The notes under the pieces were generated by a model that was given only the letters and a program-made list of their open reading frames with translations, was not told where the DNA came from and made no database searches. From NCBI GenBank assembly GCA_041650075.1, contig JBAZLX010000001.1:1-38225 (forward strand): a DNA stretch of 38,225 nt, read 5' to 3'. Below are positions 1 through 9,614 of this stretch, in pieces. The position numbers and the translations under genes are program-made. The DNA is from Bdellovibrionales bacterium (GTDB lineage: Bacteria > Pseudomonadota > Alphaproteobacteria > UBA9219). Every line of letters starts with the position of its first letter. Positions within the stretch are counted from its first letter, which is position 1.

Positions 1-127
1 GACATAGCGGTACTGAAACAAAAATATTACCAACACAATTTGACTGTAGGACATTATCATTGCCGCTATAATAAAATCTCATAGATGTTGCAGCTGTTGT
101 TAATATTGTTCCAGCAAAATCTCTAAA
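1..127. repeat. Terminal overlap copy 1, identical to 38099..38225
   Basis: Compared base by base: the first 127 nt (gacatagcggtactgaaac...aaaatctctaaa) recur exactly as the last 127 nt of the window. Confidence 0.95.
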
Positions 128-1552
128 AACTACTGTAAAAGTTGTTGCTGAGTATCCATCATTCTGGGCAACAATAGCACCACTTCTTTCTGTAACAGTT
201 ACGGTTGCTTCGGTTGATAATAATGTTTCGTGAGTAACAGTTAAAACTCCTGCCGTGAATGACATTGTTGGTTTTGTGTAAGCACCAGTTGAAACTTGCC
301 ATGCTGTGCCATCATAATAAATATATCCAGAGAATCTTTCATATTGACCTACTGTAATAGACGATGCAGTTTTTGATATTAATGATGTTTTTCTAGCACC
401 TTTATCAACTATATATGGAATAATACTCGATGAAGCTCCTGCTGGAAAAGTAATTGTTGATGTCCCGTTTCCATTATTTATAACTGTTCCAGTCCCTAAA
501 AAATATGTCGATTCTACAATTGTTGAAGCTGACAAATTTACCTCAGCCTCAAAATTTTTATATAGCTTTATTGTAGAAGACGTATCGCCTACTGATGCTC
601 CTGCATCAACTCCTAAATTTGCATACGTTTCGTCTTGCCCAATAACTAAAGATCCTACATCTGTTGCAGTAAAATTGTACGATAATACTAGATCTCCATT
701 TACATCAACTGCTAAAGCTGGATTGACACCTACTGGCTTATGACCAGTATCATTTATTGCATACCACCCTGAACTTGCAGTATCTTGTCGTATTACACAT
801 GATATTTTTCTTAACTTAATATTACTGTCAGTTGATATTGACCCCATTTTAGAAAATTTTGTATTTAATACTCCAACTGATGAATAAACAGTTCCGTTCC
901 CATAATATGAAGTCATAGTTGTAGACGTGTTTATTGTATCGCCTTCTATGATTATGTCACCTACTGCTTTTGCTAACCCGGTCTCCACTGTGTCGTCAGT
1001 AGCTCCATCACATTTAGCCCCGAACCACTTGACATTTACAGCACCGCTATGCTTCATCTTCCATCGACCAGTCGCAACACCAGTTACGGCGATGATAGTT
1101 CCTCCATTGTCAGCTTCTGTAGATGTAGCGTCCCAGTAGTATTCGCGTACTCCGATGTTGTCTTCGGCGGTATAGTAGCCAGTGACAGATACAAAAGGCT
1201 GTCCAGAATATACGGTAGTGCGGAGGGCGGCAATGGTTCCCACTATTGCGCTTTGGATAGTACTATTATTGCTTAGAGAGGAATAAACAAGTTGAGAGTT
1301 TTTATCTTTTACTATGATGGAATATGCTGATTTTACGAAAATTCTACCGGGCGACCCATTGCGCGAAGGATACCCAGCAATCGTACGAACTGGATTTGCC
1401 GCTGGAGTTGTAAAAGCCTCATCCCAATAAATGCTAATCAGATTTACTTCTGGGTTCAGATTCTCCGTACCTATATAAATATATCCGTTATCGAGCGGTG
1501 CGCCGCTTAAATCTGTAAACTCTTGAAATGGTGGTGTTACTTCAATCGCCAT
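1..1552 (-). CDS. Tailspike, N-terminal 517 codons, running off the left edge of the window
   Basis: Hand translation from ATG at 1552: MAIEVTPPFQEFTDLSGAPLDNGYIYIGTENLNPEVNLISIYWDE...RTIAGYPSRNG. This resembles the P22 tailspike head-binding domain ([23 protein letters not shown]). It is followed by NVKWFGAKCDGATDDT, a pectate-lyase-3 / beta-helix type motif. The frame stays open to position 1. The ORF is absent from the supplied track because it is truncated by the edge. Confidence 0.85.
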   Translation of the reverse strand, partial: MAIEVTPPFQEFTDLSGAPLDNGYIYIGTENLNPEVNLISIYWDEAFTTPAANPVRTIAGYPSRNGSPGRIFVKSAYSIIVKDKNSQLVYSSLSNNSTIQSAIVGTIAALRTTVYSGQPFVSVTGYYTAEDNIGVREYYWDATSTEADNGGTIIAVTGVATGRWKMKHSGAVNVKWFGAKCDGATDDTVETGLAKAVGDIIIEGDTINTSTTMTSYYGNGTVYSSVGVLNTKFSKMGSISTDSNIKLRKISCVIRQDTASSGWYAINDTGHKPVGVNPALAVDVNGDLVLSYNFTATDVGSLVIGQDETYANLGVDAGASVGDTSSTIKLYKNFEAEVNLSASTIVESTYFLGTGTVINNGNGTSTITFPAGASSSIIPYIVDKGARKTSLISKTASSITVGQYERFSGYIYYDGTAWQVSTGAYTKPTMSFTAGVLTVTHETLLSTEATVTVTERSGAIVAQNDGYSATTFTVVFRDFAGTILTTAATSMRFYYSGNDNVLQSNCVGNIFVSVPLC

Positions 1553-1603
1553 TGGTTTTCCTTTGTTTTGTTAATGTTATCTAATTTGGAGATATGTTTC
1601 AAA

Positions 1604-3445
1604 TTAGAACTTACCGCTTTTTTGTTTTATAGCCTCGCTGATCTTTTCCATTGCTACATTTTGCTCTGACCGCGTTTTGGCTTTACTTAACCGCATAAGT
1701 GCATTTCGTACTGGAGCGGATTCATACGCTCTTGCAATTAGGCCTATAGTCCCTAACCCGAATATTCCAGTGATTCCACCTGCCGCACCAGCTGCCCCTG
1801 CCATAGCCGCTGGGTATAGCTGTTGCCCAGTAGGTGTCATTAGGTTGGCTTCGTCAGCTCTTCTTGTTAATGCTAAAGCCTTTTTAAGACCTTCTAATTT
1901 TGCTTTGTCCTCACCCTTGAAAAACACTTTTGCATTTTCATCCAATTTGTCGATATTGGTTAGGAATTTAGCTGTGCTGACTTTGCCTTCCGCATCGAGT
2001 GAATCCTGATATGCTTTTCCAAGAATTGCCGACCTTGCGTTTGATCTTCCTTCTGGGCTGAGATTTTTATACAACATTTGTGAATCGCTTACGTTTTTGC
2101 TGTACAACATGCGGGAGATTACTTCAGGGGTCACATTCCCTTTTTTTAGCGTATATTTAAGAGCATTATTTTCGAGTTCTCCGCTCATGATAGATAACTT
2201 TTTGTTTGCCACTCCCCACTTTGTTACATCTCTACGATCTCCAAACTGAACAATGTGGTTTTCCATGTCTTTTTTAAGTGCGCCATAAATATCGGATACT
2301 GCCTTATCTCCTACCCCCCGCACTGAAACTAAGTCAGGTGATTTAAACTTTTCGCCAAGAAGTTTTCGCAACTCTTCCACGCTTTTAATATCTTGATTTT
2401 GTATGGATTGTTTAAAATCGTCAAGAGATGCAACAACTGGGTCTAATTCTGATGTTTTAAGGCTTTTAAGTTTAGCAATTTGGTTATCAATCGCAATAGT
2501 AGTATTCGGGACTTCCATTGGTGATCCCGATGTTCTATCAAATACATCTCTTTTCATTTGAGCGTATTTTATTACCTCGTCGCCTCTTGTTTTAGCTAAA
2601 TCCGCCATTACAGAGCTTTCCAAATCTGGAAGAGCGGAATCAGCTTTAAACTCTTGCGCTACATCTTTAATAGCTTGCACGCGTTGTAATTGCTGCGCTT
2701 CTCTTCTTCCCCCAGTACCAGCCAGCGGTATTCTCTCTGATGCCATTTGAGCCGATTTGCCTATAAACGTTTGAGGTCTTAGAACATCAGATGTCATAAC
2801 ATCTATTCCTAGCCCTTGCGCCGCCTTAACTGCCTCATCCGCTCCCTCTGCTAATGATGGTGCTATTTTAGGAGATGGTATTGCTTGCGCTACTTTTCCA
2901 GCCGCTTGCCTTGCTGGGGCTGTCATAACTGAAACTTGTGGTCGAGTTGCTTTTGCCAACTGTGCGATAGCATTGGCCTCTGCCATCATAGGGTTCATAT
3001 ATTGAAGCACTGCGGCTTCTTTTCCGATTGCTCCTAAATACTCTTGTCCCGCTTCTGTGCGTGGCATAAATGGTTGTGCGAACTCACCTGCCGTTTGTGT
3101 AGCTTCACGCTGCACTCGTTCGGCTCCTTTTTGTGTTCCTAATTCACCAGATGCGATAGTTTGCCCAACCCCTTTGGCTGTTCCGACAACTTGACCCGCT
3201 GCACCTGCTAACCCTCCGCCTAGCACTCCAAGGGCGGTTTCACCTGCTCCGACAATCTTTTCACCGATTGAACGTTCTTTTTTTTGTGGGAGTGTAGCAG
3301 TTAAGTGCAAAACTCCATTAACATCTGTAAAAGCATTTGAAGCTTTTGCTTCTTTAAGCATTGATGCGATTGAGTCCGCTGTTTCGTCATCCCCCGCTTT
3401 GTATGCAGCTATTGCTTTTGCTTTTAATTGTTCATAGGTTGCCAT
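1604..3445 (-). CDS. Ejection (internal virion) protein, P22 gp16-like by position and size
   Basis: 613-aa ORF, the last of three ejection-type genes before the tailspike, as in P22 (gp16 is about 609 aa). Ala/Gly-rich with a Gly-rich hydrophobic C-terminal segment. Assigned by synteny and composition only. Confidence 0.5.
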   Translation of the reverse strand: MATYEQLKAKAIAAYKAGDDETADSIASMLKEAKASNAFTDVNGVLHLTATLPQKKERSIGEKIVGAGETALGVLGGGLAGAAGQVVGTAKGVGQTIASGELGTQKGAERVQREATQTAGEFAQPFMPRTEAGQEYLGAIGKEAAVLQYMNPMMAEANAIAQLAKATRPQVSVMTAPARQAAGKVAQAIPSPKIAPSLAEGADEAVKAAQGLGIDVMTSDVLRPQTFIGKSAQMASERIPLAGTGGRREAQQLQRVQAIKDVAQEFKADSALPDLESSVMADLAKTRGDEVIKYAQMKRDVFDRTSGSPMEVPNTTIAIDNQIAKLKSLKTSELDPVVASLDDFKQSIQNQDIKSVEELRKLLGEKFKSPDLVSVRGVGDKAVSDIYGALKKDMENHIVQFGDRRDVTKWGVANKKLSIMSGELENNALKYTLKKGNVTPEVISRMLYSKNVSDSQMLYKNLSPEGRSNARSAILGKAYQDSLDAEGKVSTAKFLTNIDKLDENAKVFFKGEDKAKLEGLKKALALTRRADEANLMTPTGQQLYPAAMAGAAGAAGGITGIFGLGTIGLIARAYESAPVRNALMRLSKAKTRSEQNVAMEKISEAIKQKSGKF

Positions 3446-3446
3446 G

Positions 3447-4778
3447 TTAAATTCCTAGCGCTGCGGCTGCATCTGCGCCACTAATATTTCGACGTTCTTT
3501 TGATTTCTCTTGTTTCACATTTATGCCGTATTTCTTTTCTACATTTTTGTATGATTTTTCCATTAAATTTTTTAGGATAATAAGATTTTGCTTTGCTTGT
3601 TTTGGGCCTTGATTAAGCGATAGGTTAACCATTGCTGACTGAAGCTTTTGCCCTTCAACTTCTGTTAAGCCAGACATTGTTCCAACATCTTGTACTGCCT
3701 TTATGAATGATTGTGATCCAATAGTGTCCAACAATCGCTCATAGTTGGATACATCTGGGTCTGTTGTCATTATTTTTGAAGATATCGGGCCATGCGCTCG
3801 TTCAGCGGCATACCCAAGTCCAGGGATATTCCCTTTTTTAAAGTATGATAATGCCTGATCGATTGTTCGCTTTGAATTTTGTAGATTATCGTATGCAGAA
3901 TACACCTTTGAGCTTTTTTCATTGGCTTTATCCATGTAGTCTTGTTGCATCTTAACAAGCTGGATCTGTTTTGTCTGCCGAGCGATGTCGTTTGTTTCTC
4001 TATCAATGGCGTTTTTTTGTCTAGCAATTGCTATTCTTTGTCTTTCAAATTCGGGCTCCTGAAGCATCTTATTTGTTTCTGCTAAAGTTTTTTGATAGTC
4101 CGCTTGCACTTTTTGTGGGGCTATCTTAGCTTCTGCTTGTTTGATAGTAGCTTCATATCCCTCTTTTTTGGTTTTAATTGCTTCTTGTGCCTGTTTCTCT
4201 GGGAATAGCGCTTGTGATTGCCGCAAATCCTCCAGCTTTTTTTGAGCTTCTGCAAACTTCTCTTGCTGTTCTGGGGTCATTGTGTGCATTGTGAGCCACT
4301 GCGTTAATCCTAAAGCGGCTTTTGGATCGGCGGATATGGCGTTCTTAACTTGCTCAAATGCCGCAGTGTCTAGCCCTGAGTTTTTAGCCGCTTCAATATT
4401 TTCATCAAGGATTTTAGTTGCAAGCTCAACATTATTATTTTTTAATGCCGTTGTGATCTGCATCCCTGCCGCTTGTTCTGCTGCGAGCTGCCGCTTGTCC
4501 ATTTGTTCAATCAATGGCTTAAATGCTTTTTCTTGTTCTGGAAATGTGGCTTGCAATGCCAATAGTTTGTCAAACTTTGGGTCAGCCATATAGTCTGAAA
4601 ACATTGTGCGGTATTGCTCCGTTCGTGCTTGCGCAACTTTTTCAGCATCTAATTTTTGCTGAATTTCTTGTTGTCTTAGTCCAGTTTCTCTAAGAGCCGA
4701 CCCAGCTTGAAGCCCACTTAGTAGCCCTTGCATCGGATTTACTTGCGGAAGCATCCCCATATAGTTAATTGGTTCCAT
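3447..4778 (-). CDS. Ejection protein, P22 gp20-like by position and size
   Basis: 443-aa ORF rich in Q/E/K/A coiled-coil sequence. It sits between the gp7-like and gp16-like genes, with a 1-nt gap to the next gene. Confidence 0.5.
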   Translation of the reverse strand: MEPINYMGMLPQVNPMQGLLSGLQAGSALRETGLRQQEIQQKLDAEKVAQARTEQYRTMFSDYMADPKFDKLLALQATFPEQEKAFKPLIEQMDKRQLAAEQAAGMQITTALKNNNVELATKILDENIEAAKNSGLDTAAFEQVKNAISADPKAALGLTQWLTMHTMTPEQQEKFAEAQKKLEDLRQSQALFPEKQAQEAIKTKKEGYEATIKQAEAKIAPQKVQADYQKTLAETNKMLQEPEFERQRIAIARQKNAIDRETNDIARQTKQIQLVKMQQDYMDKANEKSSKVYSAYDNLQNSKRTIDQALSYFKKGNIPGLGYAAERAHGPISSKIMTTDPDVSNYERLLDTIGSQSFIKAVQDVGTMSGLTEVEGQKLQSAMVNLSLNQGPKQAKQNLIILKNLMEKSYKNVEKKYGINVKQEKSKERRNISGADAAAALGI

Positions 4779-4789
4779 ATTTCTTCCCT

Positions 4790-5440
4790 TTAGAATAATT
4801 TAGAAATTCCAGGCATCCCACCAACGCCAGCAAATAGCCCTGCGCCTTGGAGTAGAGTGTTAAATGACGATCCAGCAACTCCGCCTTGTGCCATTTGCCC
4901 TCCTGCAAGCGCCGCTCCTTGTTGCCCGTAGAGATTCGCTATGTTAGCCGCAGATGCTTGCCCTGCATTTGCTTGTAGCCCTGCCGATGATTGCCCTAAT
5001 TGTGATAACCCGCCTAGTTGCGCTAATTGTTGCTGATATGTTTGATTCAACAATTGTGGGGCGAGCATTCCCATAGCGGCTTGTGTGTTCCCGCCTCGTA
5101 GACCGCCAGTGGCAGAGGCATTTTGAAGCATTGCATTTTGCCCTTGCTGTAGCTGCGCTTGGAAGAATGGGCTTTGTTGCAATTGGTTAATAGCAGATTG
5201 TTGATCTGATGCTCCCCTTAGCCCCAGCAATGTCTGCTGTTGCCCCAGAGCCGATTCACCTGCTTGAAGGTATGGGGACATCATTTTTACGATAGCGTCA
5301 AACTGTCTTCGCTGTTCTTCTATGCCTGATTGTGCTGATGCCGCTTGTGTTCCTGCCGCTGCGGATGCCGCATCTGCCGCTTGGCTTGCTCCGGTAATGC
5401 CTCCAACGACATTGCCAAGAAAATCTCCTACAAAGCTCAT
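4790..5440 (-). CDS. Ejection protein, P22 gp7-like, Gln/Ala/Gly-rich
   Basis: Low-complexity Q/A/G protein containing ATGGLRGGN. The start at 5440 (MSFVGDF) was preferred: it forms an ATGA overlap with the upstream stop and has GGAG upstream. The track start at 5452 lacks an SD. Confidence 0.55.
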   Translation of the reverse strand: MSFVGDFLGNVVGGITGASQAADAASAAAGTQAASAQSGIEEQRRQFDAIVKMMSPYLQAGESALGQQQTLLGLRGASDQQSAINQLQQSPFFQAQLQQGQNAMLQNASATGGLRGGNTQAAMGMLAPQLLNQTYQQQLAQLGGLSQLGQSSAGLQANAGQASAANIANLYGQQGAALAGGQMAQGGVAGSSFNTLLQGAGLFAGVGGMPGISKLF

Positions 5441-5886
5441 TTGCTTCTCCATTCGGATTTTAATAATCCATAAATTTGAATATCCATAACCTTGCCGTTT
5501 AGCTCGAATGATTCTCTGATGGTTCCTTCATAAGAGAACCCGAGTTTTTTAACAAGATTTTGGATTGTTTTGAGATGGCTGTATATTTTAGCCGTCACCC
5601 TGTGCGCAGTCAGGAAAGCTTCATTTATTATGAGAACGCATAAATAACGATAATATTTTACCGATATAGGCAATAAAAGCAAATGGATTTCACTATCTAG
5701 CCTTGTATTGTTAATAATCATAAATGCGCCTACAAATTCTCCACTTACAAACGCCGAATAATACTTAACGCATGGGTGATCTATTTTTGAAACTGGAACG
5801 CCATCCCTAGAAAGCTTCTGAATAGATTCATCACTGAAAAGAACCTCTTCGTTTTCTTTGGATAGCCCAGCTTCTATTTTAATCAT
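5437..5886 (-). CDS. GNAT-fold-like protein in the slot occupied by P22 gp14
   Basis: 149 aa. The C-terminal half (HRVTAKIYSHLKTIQNLVKKLGFSYEGTIRESFELNGKVMDIQIYGLLKSEW) matches the RimJ/RimL-type acetyltransferase pattern, but the Q/RxxGxG/A acetyl-CoA loop is not evident. ATGA-type overlaps with both neighbours. Confidence 0.5.
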   Translation of the reverse strand: MIKIEAGLSKENEEVLFSDESIQKLSRDGVPVSKIDHPCVKYYSAFVSGEFVGAFMIINNTRLDSEIHLLLLPISVKYYRYLCVLIINEAFLTAHRVTAKIYSHLKTIQNLVKKLGFSYEGTIRESFELNGKVMDIQIYGLLKSEWRSK

Positions 5887-6221
5887 GACGTAATCTCTCG
5901 CCCTGATGCGCTAATAGTTAAAGCGGATGACGTTCCTGCAATCGTTGAGATAAACCCGCCACTCTCTAGCACTTGCCCCACTAACTCAGGACACGTATAG
6001 ACTTCATTTGGAGCGATTGACCTAGTTTTGATAATCAAGTTGCTATCCCCTGCCGATCCAGCTGAAGCGATCAAATTTACACTGATTGTAGCGTTTGACG
6101 CCGTTGTATTGGTAACTGTAAACTTATCGATTATCGTTTTGCAGTTTGTAGCCGTGTATTGTGCTGTTTGTGTGTTTTCCGCTTGCTTGCGGGGGATAAT
6201 ATTTTTAACTGTGACTGCCAT
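5883..6221 (-). CDS. Hypothetical virion protein, small and Thr/Ser/Ala-rich
   Basis: 112-aa ORF in the tail/ejection operon, translationally coupled to the downstream gene. No recognisable motif. Confidence 0.6.
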   Translation of the reverse strand: MAVTVKNIIPRKQAENTQTAQYTATNCKTIIDKFTVTNTTASNATISVNLIASAGSAGDSNLIIKTRSIAPNEVYTCPELVGQVLESGGFISTIAGTSSALTISASGREITS

Positions 6222-6230
6222 TTTAATTCC

Positions 6231-7520
6231 TTATTGTGCGATTTGAGATACTGCCATTATAACAGATGGGGTAGCTGGGGCAAACGCCGTAGATGGAGCG
6301 GCCTCAATAGTAACGTTTATATCGTCAGTTGCCCACATTGCCTCTATGTAGTCGCCAGCGTTCATACTAAAGAACATCGACCTAGAAACGCTTGCTGTGA
6401 CGCTAGAACCGGATATTGAAGCCTTCATTGCCGTATCTGCGATATCTGTGCCATTTTTGCGAGGCCAAAACCATAATGTTTTTGTAGATGCACTACCAGA
6501 TGTTATTTGTGCGGAGAAACTAAACTCATAAAGACCAGAGTTTGCACATACAATCCTTGACGTAGGTGTTCCGATAGATACCCCAAGAGATGCCGCCGAC
6601 GTATTAAATGTCAAGGCGTAAGCCGTATTGATTGCCGCCGCTGTTTGATCGGTACTATCAGAGAATGAGCCATAATACAGTTGTTGTTCGATAGTTGTGC
6701 GGACATATAGAATTCCAACTGTTGAGCTGTTATTTACTACTACTGCCATGGGAATACATTGGTTAGGTGCCGTTGGCTTTACGTTCGTAAGACCTCCAGC
6801 CGTTGTTGGATGAGCGTAAAGCAAATCGCCGTTATTCCATGTTTCAGTGTACGTTGATCCGCTTGCGTTTACGTCTCTTATGATTCCAGATACAGTTACG
6901 TGTCCGCTTGCCCCGATAGCAAAATCCTCAGACGCTATACCAACCAGTTGATGACTTTGGAGTGTCCCATTAGCGGTAAACTTAGCTAGATTTGGATCAA
7001 TTCCAGTTGCTCCAGTGTAGTAAACAACTTGCCCCTTTGATATGGTGACACCAGAAGTATTTGTGCCATGAATAATAATATCTAATCCCAATTCTTGCAC
7101 TAGACCGCCTATATGGGTGAATTGTAGATGCCCATACTGGTATCCCCAGTTGAGCGTCCCGGGCTGTTTAACTACTGTATGGGTGTTTCGCAATTGAATA
7201 TAATCGAGATCGGCTACTCTGTCGATTGACCTTGGTGGAGTTAGTAGCAGTTCATTGAGCATTGATCGGAGTGTTGCTACTTCTTCGGTAGAGTTTGGCT
7301 CTGTTGCCAAATAGTCTAAAGACTGCTGAATAGCAGAGATTAGTGCCAACGCCTCGCTTGCCGATGCTGATGCTGTTGCAGTATCAATTGCCACGCTTTC
7401 CAGATCTGTTGGGGTTTCTTTAGTAGCCATTTTAAACAGATTTTCAAACGCCTTGATAGTTTCAGGATTAGGGAGAAACTTCGCAAGCTGATTACGTGTG
7501 ATAATGATTTTATCAGACAT
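6231..7520 (-). CDS. Tail needle / fibre-like protein with a C-terminal globular domain
   Basis: It lies immediately after the gp10-like gene, as P22 gp26 does. Ala/Ser-rich helical N-terminal third, then a beta-rich C-terminus. The start at 7520 (MSDKIII) overlaps the gp10-like stop by 8 nt. The track start at 7544 is the alternative. Confidence 0.6.
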   Translation of the reverse strand: MSDKIIITRNQLAKFLPNPETIKAFENLFKMATKETPTDLESVAIDTATASASASEALALISAIQQSLDYLATEPNSTEEVATLRSMLNELLLTPPRSIDRVADLDYIQLRNTHTVVKQPGTLNWGYQYGHLQFTHIGGLVQELGLDIIIHGTNTSGVTISKGQVVYYTGATGIDPNLAKFTANGTLQSHQLVGIASEDFAIGASGHVTVSGIIRDVNASGSTYTETWNNGDLLYAHPTTAGGLTNVKPTAPNQCIPMAVVVNNSSTVGILYVRTTIEQQLYYGSFSDSTDQTAAAINTAYALTFNTSAASLGVSIGTPTSRIVCANSGLYEFSFSAQITSGSASTKTLWFWPRKNGTDIADTAMKASISGSSVTASVSRSMFFSMNAGDYIEAMWATDDINVTIEAAPSTAFAPATPSVIMAVSQIAQ

Positions 7521-8916
7521 ATAACGGCTCCAGTTTTGCTTCAAGTCGTGAGATAGAGATCATAGCGTCGGAAGTGCCCTTAAACTTTTGTATGCGCCAT
7601 TGTCTCATGCTCCCTTGAAGGAACCAAACGAGACGTTTATTATATTCTCCCGTCTTACCAGCTGATATGCTTTTTTCTTGGCTCCATGTTAGCCCGTCTA
7701 ATGAATATTGGGTTGATATCATTGGGGTGACTCCATGTTCAATTCTTCCAGTAGTACCAACTAATTCTAGAGAATGAAATGACGCTCCTGTGCCTTCGTT
7801 GTAAATAATTTGGGTTGAGAACTCCCACCCTATTTTTTCACCGTAGTGGGTAGATACACGATCATCTAAAAAACCGAATGCAGTGCCTGACGGATCAGCA
7901 ACGTTCCATTGATCATAACAATAAACATGATTGCGCGCTTTATAAATAGTTCCTTCAATGATGCCTGAGTCCATTGTGTACCAAATATGTTCACCTACCG
8001 CTTTGGAGGCTGAGAGATCATAAACCATAGTCTGATCGTTCAAATGAATCATAATATGAATATGACCGTTATAGATTTTATACTCGCATACGATTTGAGA
8101 CAGTTCAAGTTCGGTATATTTACCCAAACGCTGATCGATCTCTGATGTCGCGATCTTTTCAATCTGGCCATTAATCCCAATATAGACTGACGATTGCTCA
8201 TTTAAGGCTCCACCGACAAACGCGACTAAATCATTCACGACTACACACGCATGAGTTCCAATCGCCCCCTTATTAATCTGTGCGCCTTCTATGCGCTGAA
8301 ATGGGAAGAAGTCCCCGCCTACGTTATCAAAAAACTCGATAGTGTATCGGTTGACCGCCACTAATTCGTTACGCACTTTTTTTACCGCCATAACTGGGTC
8401 TGGGTTTGCTTCCGATGACCCGTACTTTAGAGGGTTTACGGCAAAAGGGTTATTTAGCTCTGTAACTACCAGCGAGGTTCCGTCGGTTGCAAGAAAATAC
8501 CCATCTATCCACACAAAGTCGATAACATTTCCTAAATCTACGTCCGTTACTTGCGTTAATGTAGTTCCATCGTATAGATAGAATTTGTTTGATGAGCATA
8601 CACCTAAGTAATCGAATGAGTATCCAAATGTGACTTGACCACTTCCCCCAACATCTCCGATAGTAGTAGAAACTCCCTCTTTAGTGATAGAGACGAGCTT
8701 AGTACCCATTACTCGATATAGCGTACCGTTCCAATTAATACCGCCACGATCTATTCCTACTCCGTCAGCGAGCTTAATAATGCCATCGGTATGCCGTAGG
8801 TAACCTTCTGATATGCCGCTCTTTTTAGGAACTGGGATGAGATTGCGGGGGTATGATGTACGCACCTGTGCGGCATCATCTGTATAGATTCCAGAAAGTA
8901 TGGGTATTTGAGCCAT
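7513..8916 (-). CDS. Tail hub protein, P22 gp10-like
   Basis: 467 aa, against about 472 aa for P22 gp10. The N-terminal pattern (IPILSGIYTDD...YPRNLIPVPKKSGISEGYLRHTDGI...YRVMGTKL...IGDVGGSGQVTF) parallels remembered P22 gp10 (LPVNMLATPKEILNSSGYLRSFPGI...YRVCGGKL...VGDVAGSGRVSM). Confidence 0.75.
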   Translation of the reverse strand: MAQIPILSGIYTDDAAQVRTSYPRNLIPVPKKSGISEGYLRHTDGIIKLADGVGIDRGGINWNGTLYRVMGTKLVSITKEGVSTTIGDVGGSGQVTFGYSFDYLGVCSSNKFYLYDGTTLTQVTDVDLGNVIDFVWIDGYFLATDGTSLVVTELNNPFAVNPLKYGSSEANPDPVMAVKKVRNELVAVNRYTIEFFDNVGGDFFPFQRIEGAQINKGAIGTHACVVVNDLVAFVGGALNEQSSVYIGINGQIEKIATSEIDQRLGKYTELELSQIVCEYKIYNGHIHIMIHLNDQTMVYDLSASKAVGEHIWYTMDSGIIEGTIYKARNHVYCYDQWNVADPSGTAFGFLDDRVSTHYGEKIGWEFSTQIIYNEGTGASFHSLELVGTTGRIEHGVTPMISTQYSLDGLTWSQEKSISAGKTGEYNKRLVWFLQGSMRQWRIQKFKGTSDAMISISRLEAKLEPLYV

Positions 8917-8918
8917 TT

Positions 8919-9614
8919 TTAACTATCCCTTTCTTTACAATTATCGAAATGCCATCTCTTCATTGAGTTCCCGCCTATTTTACCACAATGCGGACATTTT
9001 TGCTTTGACTGAACTCTTCCAGACAGAGCTATAGATGATTTTAATTTTTCCTCTTCACTTCTTTTTTGTCCAGTCCTACTTTTATTGCCCATCATCAACA
9101 ATGATCTCTTAGCTCTTTCTTCATCTGACTGCTTACTTCCAAGTCTGTTTTTGTTTCCTTTGTGAAAATCAGATATTTTCTTTAGCATTTCTGGTGTATG
9201 AACAAATCCAAACAATTTAACAGACTTAGATATCTTTAATTTAGTCTCCTCTGAAAGAACTTTTCCAGAATGGGCTTTTCCTATCTTTTTTCTATGATTT
9301 TCACTAAACACAAGACCAGAAATTCCATCTCCTCCGTCAGTCATATTGCATAATTTAAATCCTATTGTTTTTAGTTGAGATATCCGCTCTTTTTCTAACA
9401 GAAACGCCAACTCCTCATCTAAGTGCATAGCTACAAATCTTACATTGAACCCTCCGTCTTTGTTGACTATCCTTTGCCAATGGAGATTTCTATGATACTT
9501 GCTAGAAATGAAAGCTCTCCTCCCTTTTCCTTTTCCTACATAAAAAACTTCACTGGTATTTATTCGAATATGCTCATAAACATAAAACTCGCCATCAACA
9601 CAAGGAATTTGCAT
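8919..9614 (-). CDS. Free-standing GIY-YIG homing endonuclease with NUMOD3-like repeats and a C-terminal zinc finger
   Basis: The N-terminus YVYEH-x10-FYVGKGKGRR is a GIY-YIG motif. Repeated S-E-E/N-x-K/R-x-K-I-S/G segments follow, and the protein ends in CPHCG-x12-H-x3-C. It shares a TAATG junction with the upstream gene. Confidence 0.85.
   Translation of the reverse strand: MQIPCVDGEFYVYEHIRINTSEVFYVGKGKGRRAFISSKYHRNLHWQRIVNKDGGFNVRFVAMHLDEELAFLLEKERISQLKTIGFKLCNMTDGGDGISGLVFSENHRKKIGKAHSGKVLSEETKLKISKSVKLFGFVHTPEMLKKISDFHKGNKNRLGSKQSDEERAKRSLLMMGNKSRTGQKRSEEEKLKSSIALSGRVQSKQKCPHCGKIGGNSMKRWHFDNCKERDS

Noticed and set aside
927-2009. Plus-strand ORFs 927..1139, 1049..1276 and 1677..2009
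   Set aside because: They lie antisense within the tailspike and gp16-like genes. Their composition is Ala/Pro/Ser-rich shadow-frame sequence with no ribosome-binding sites.
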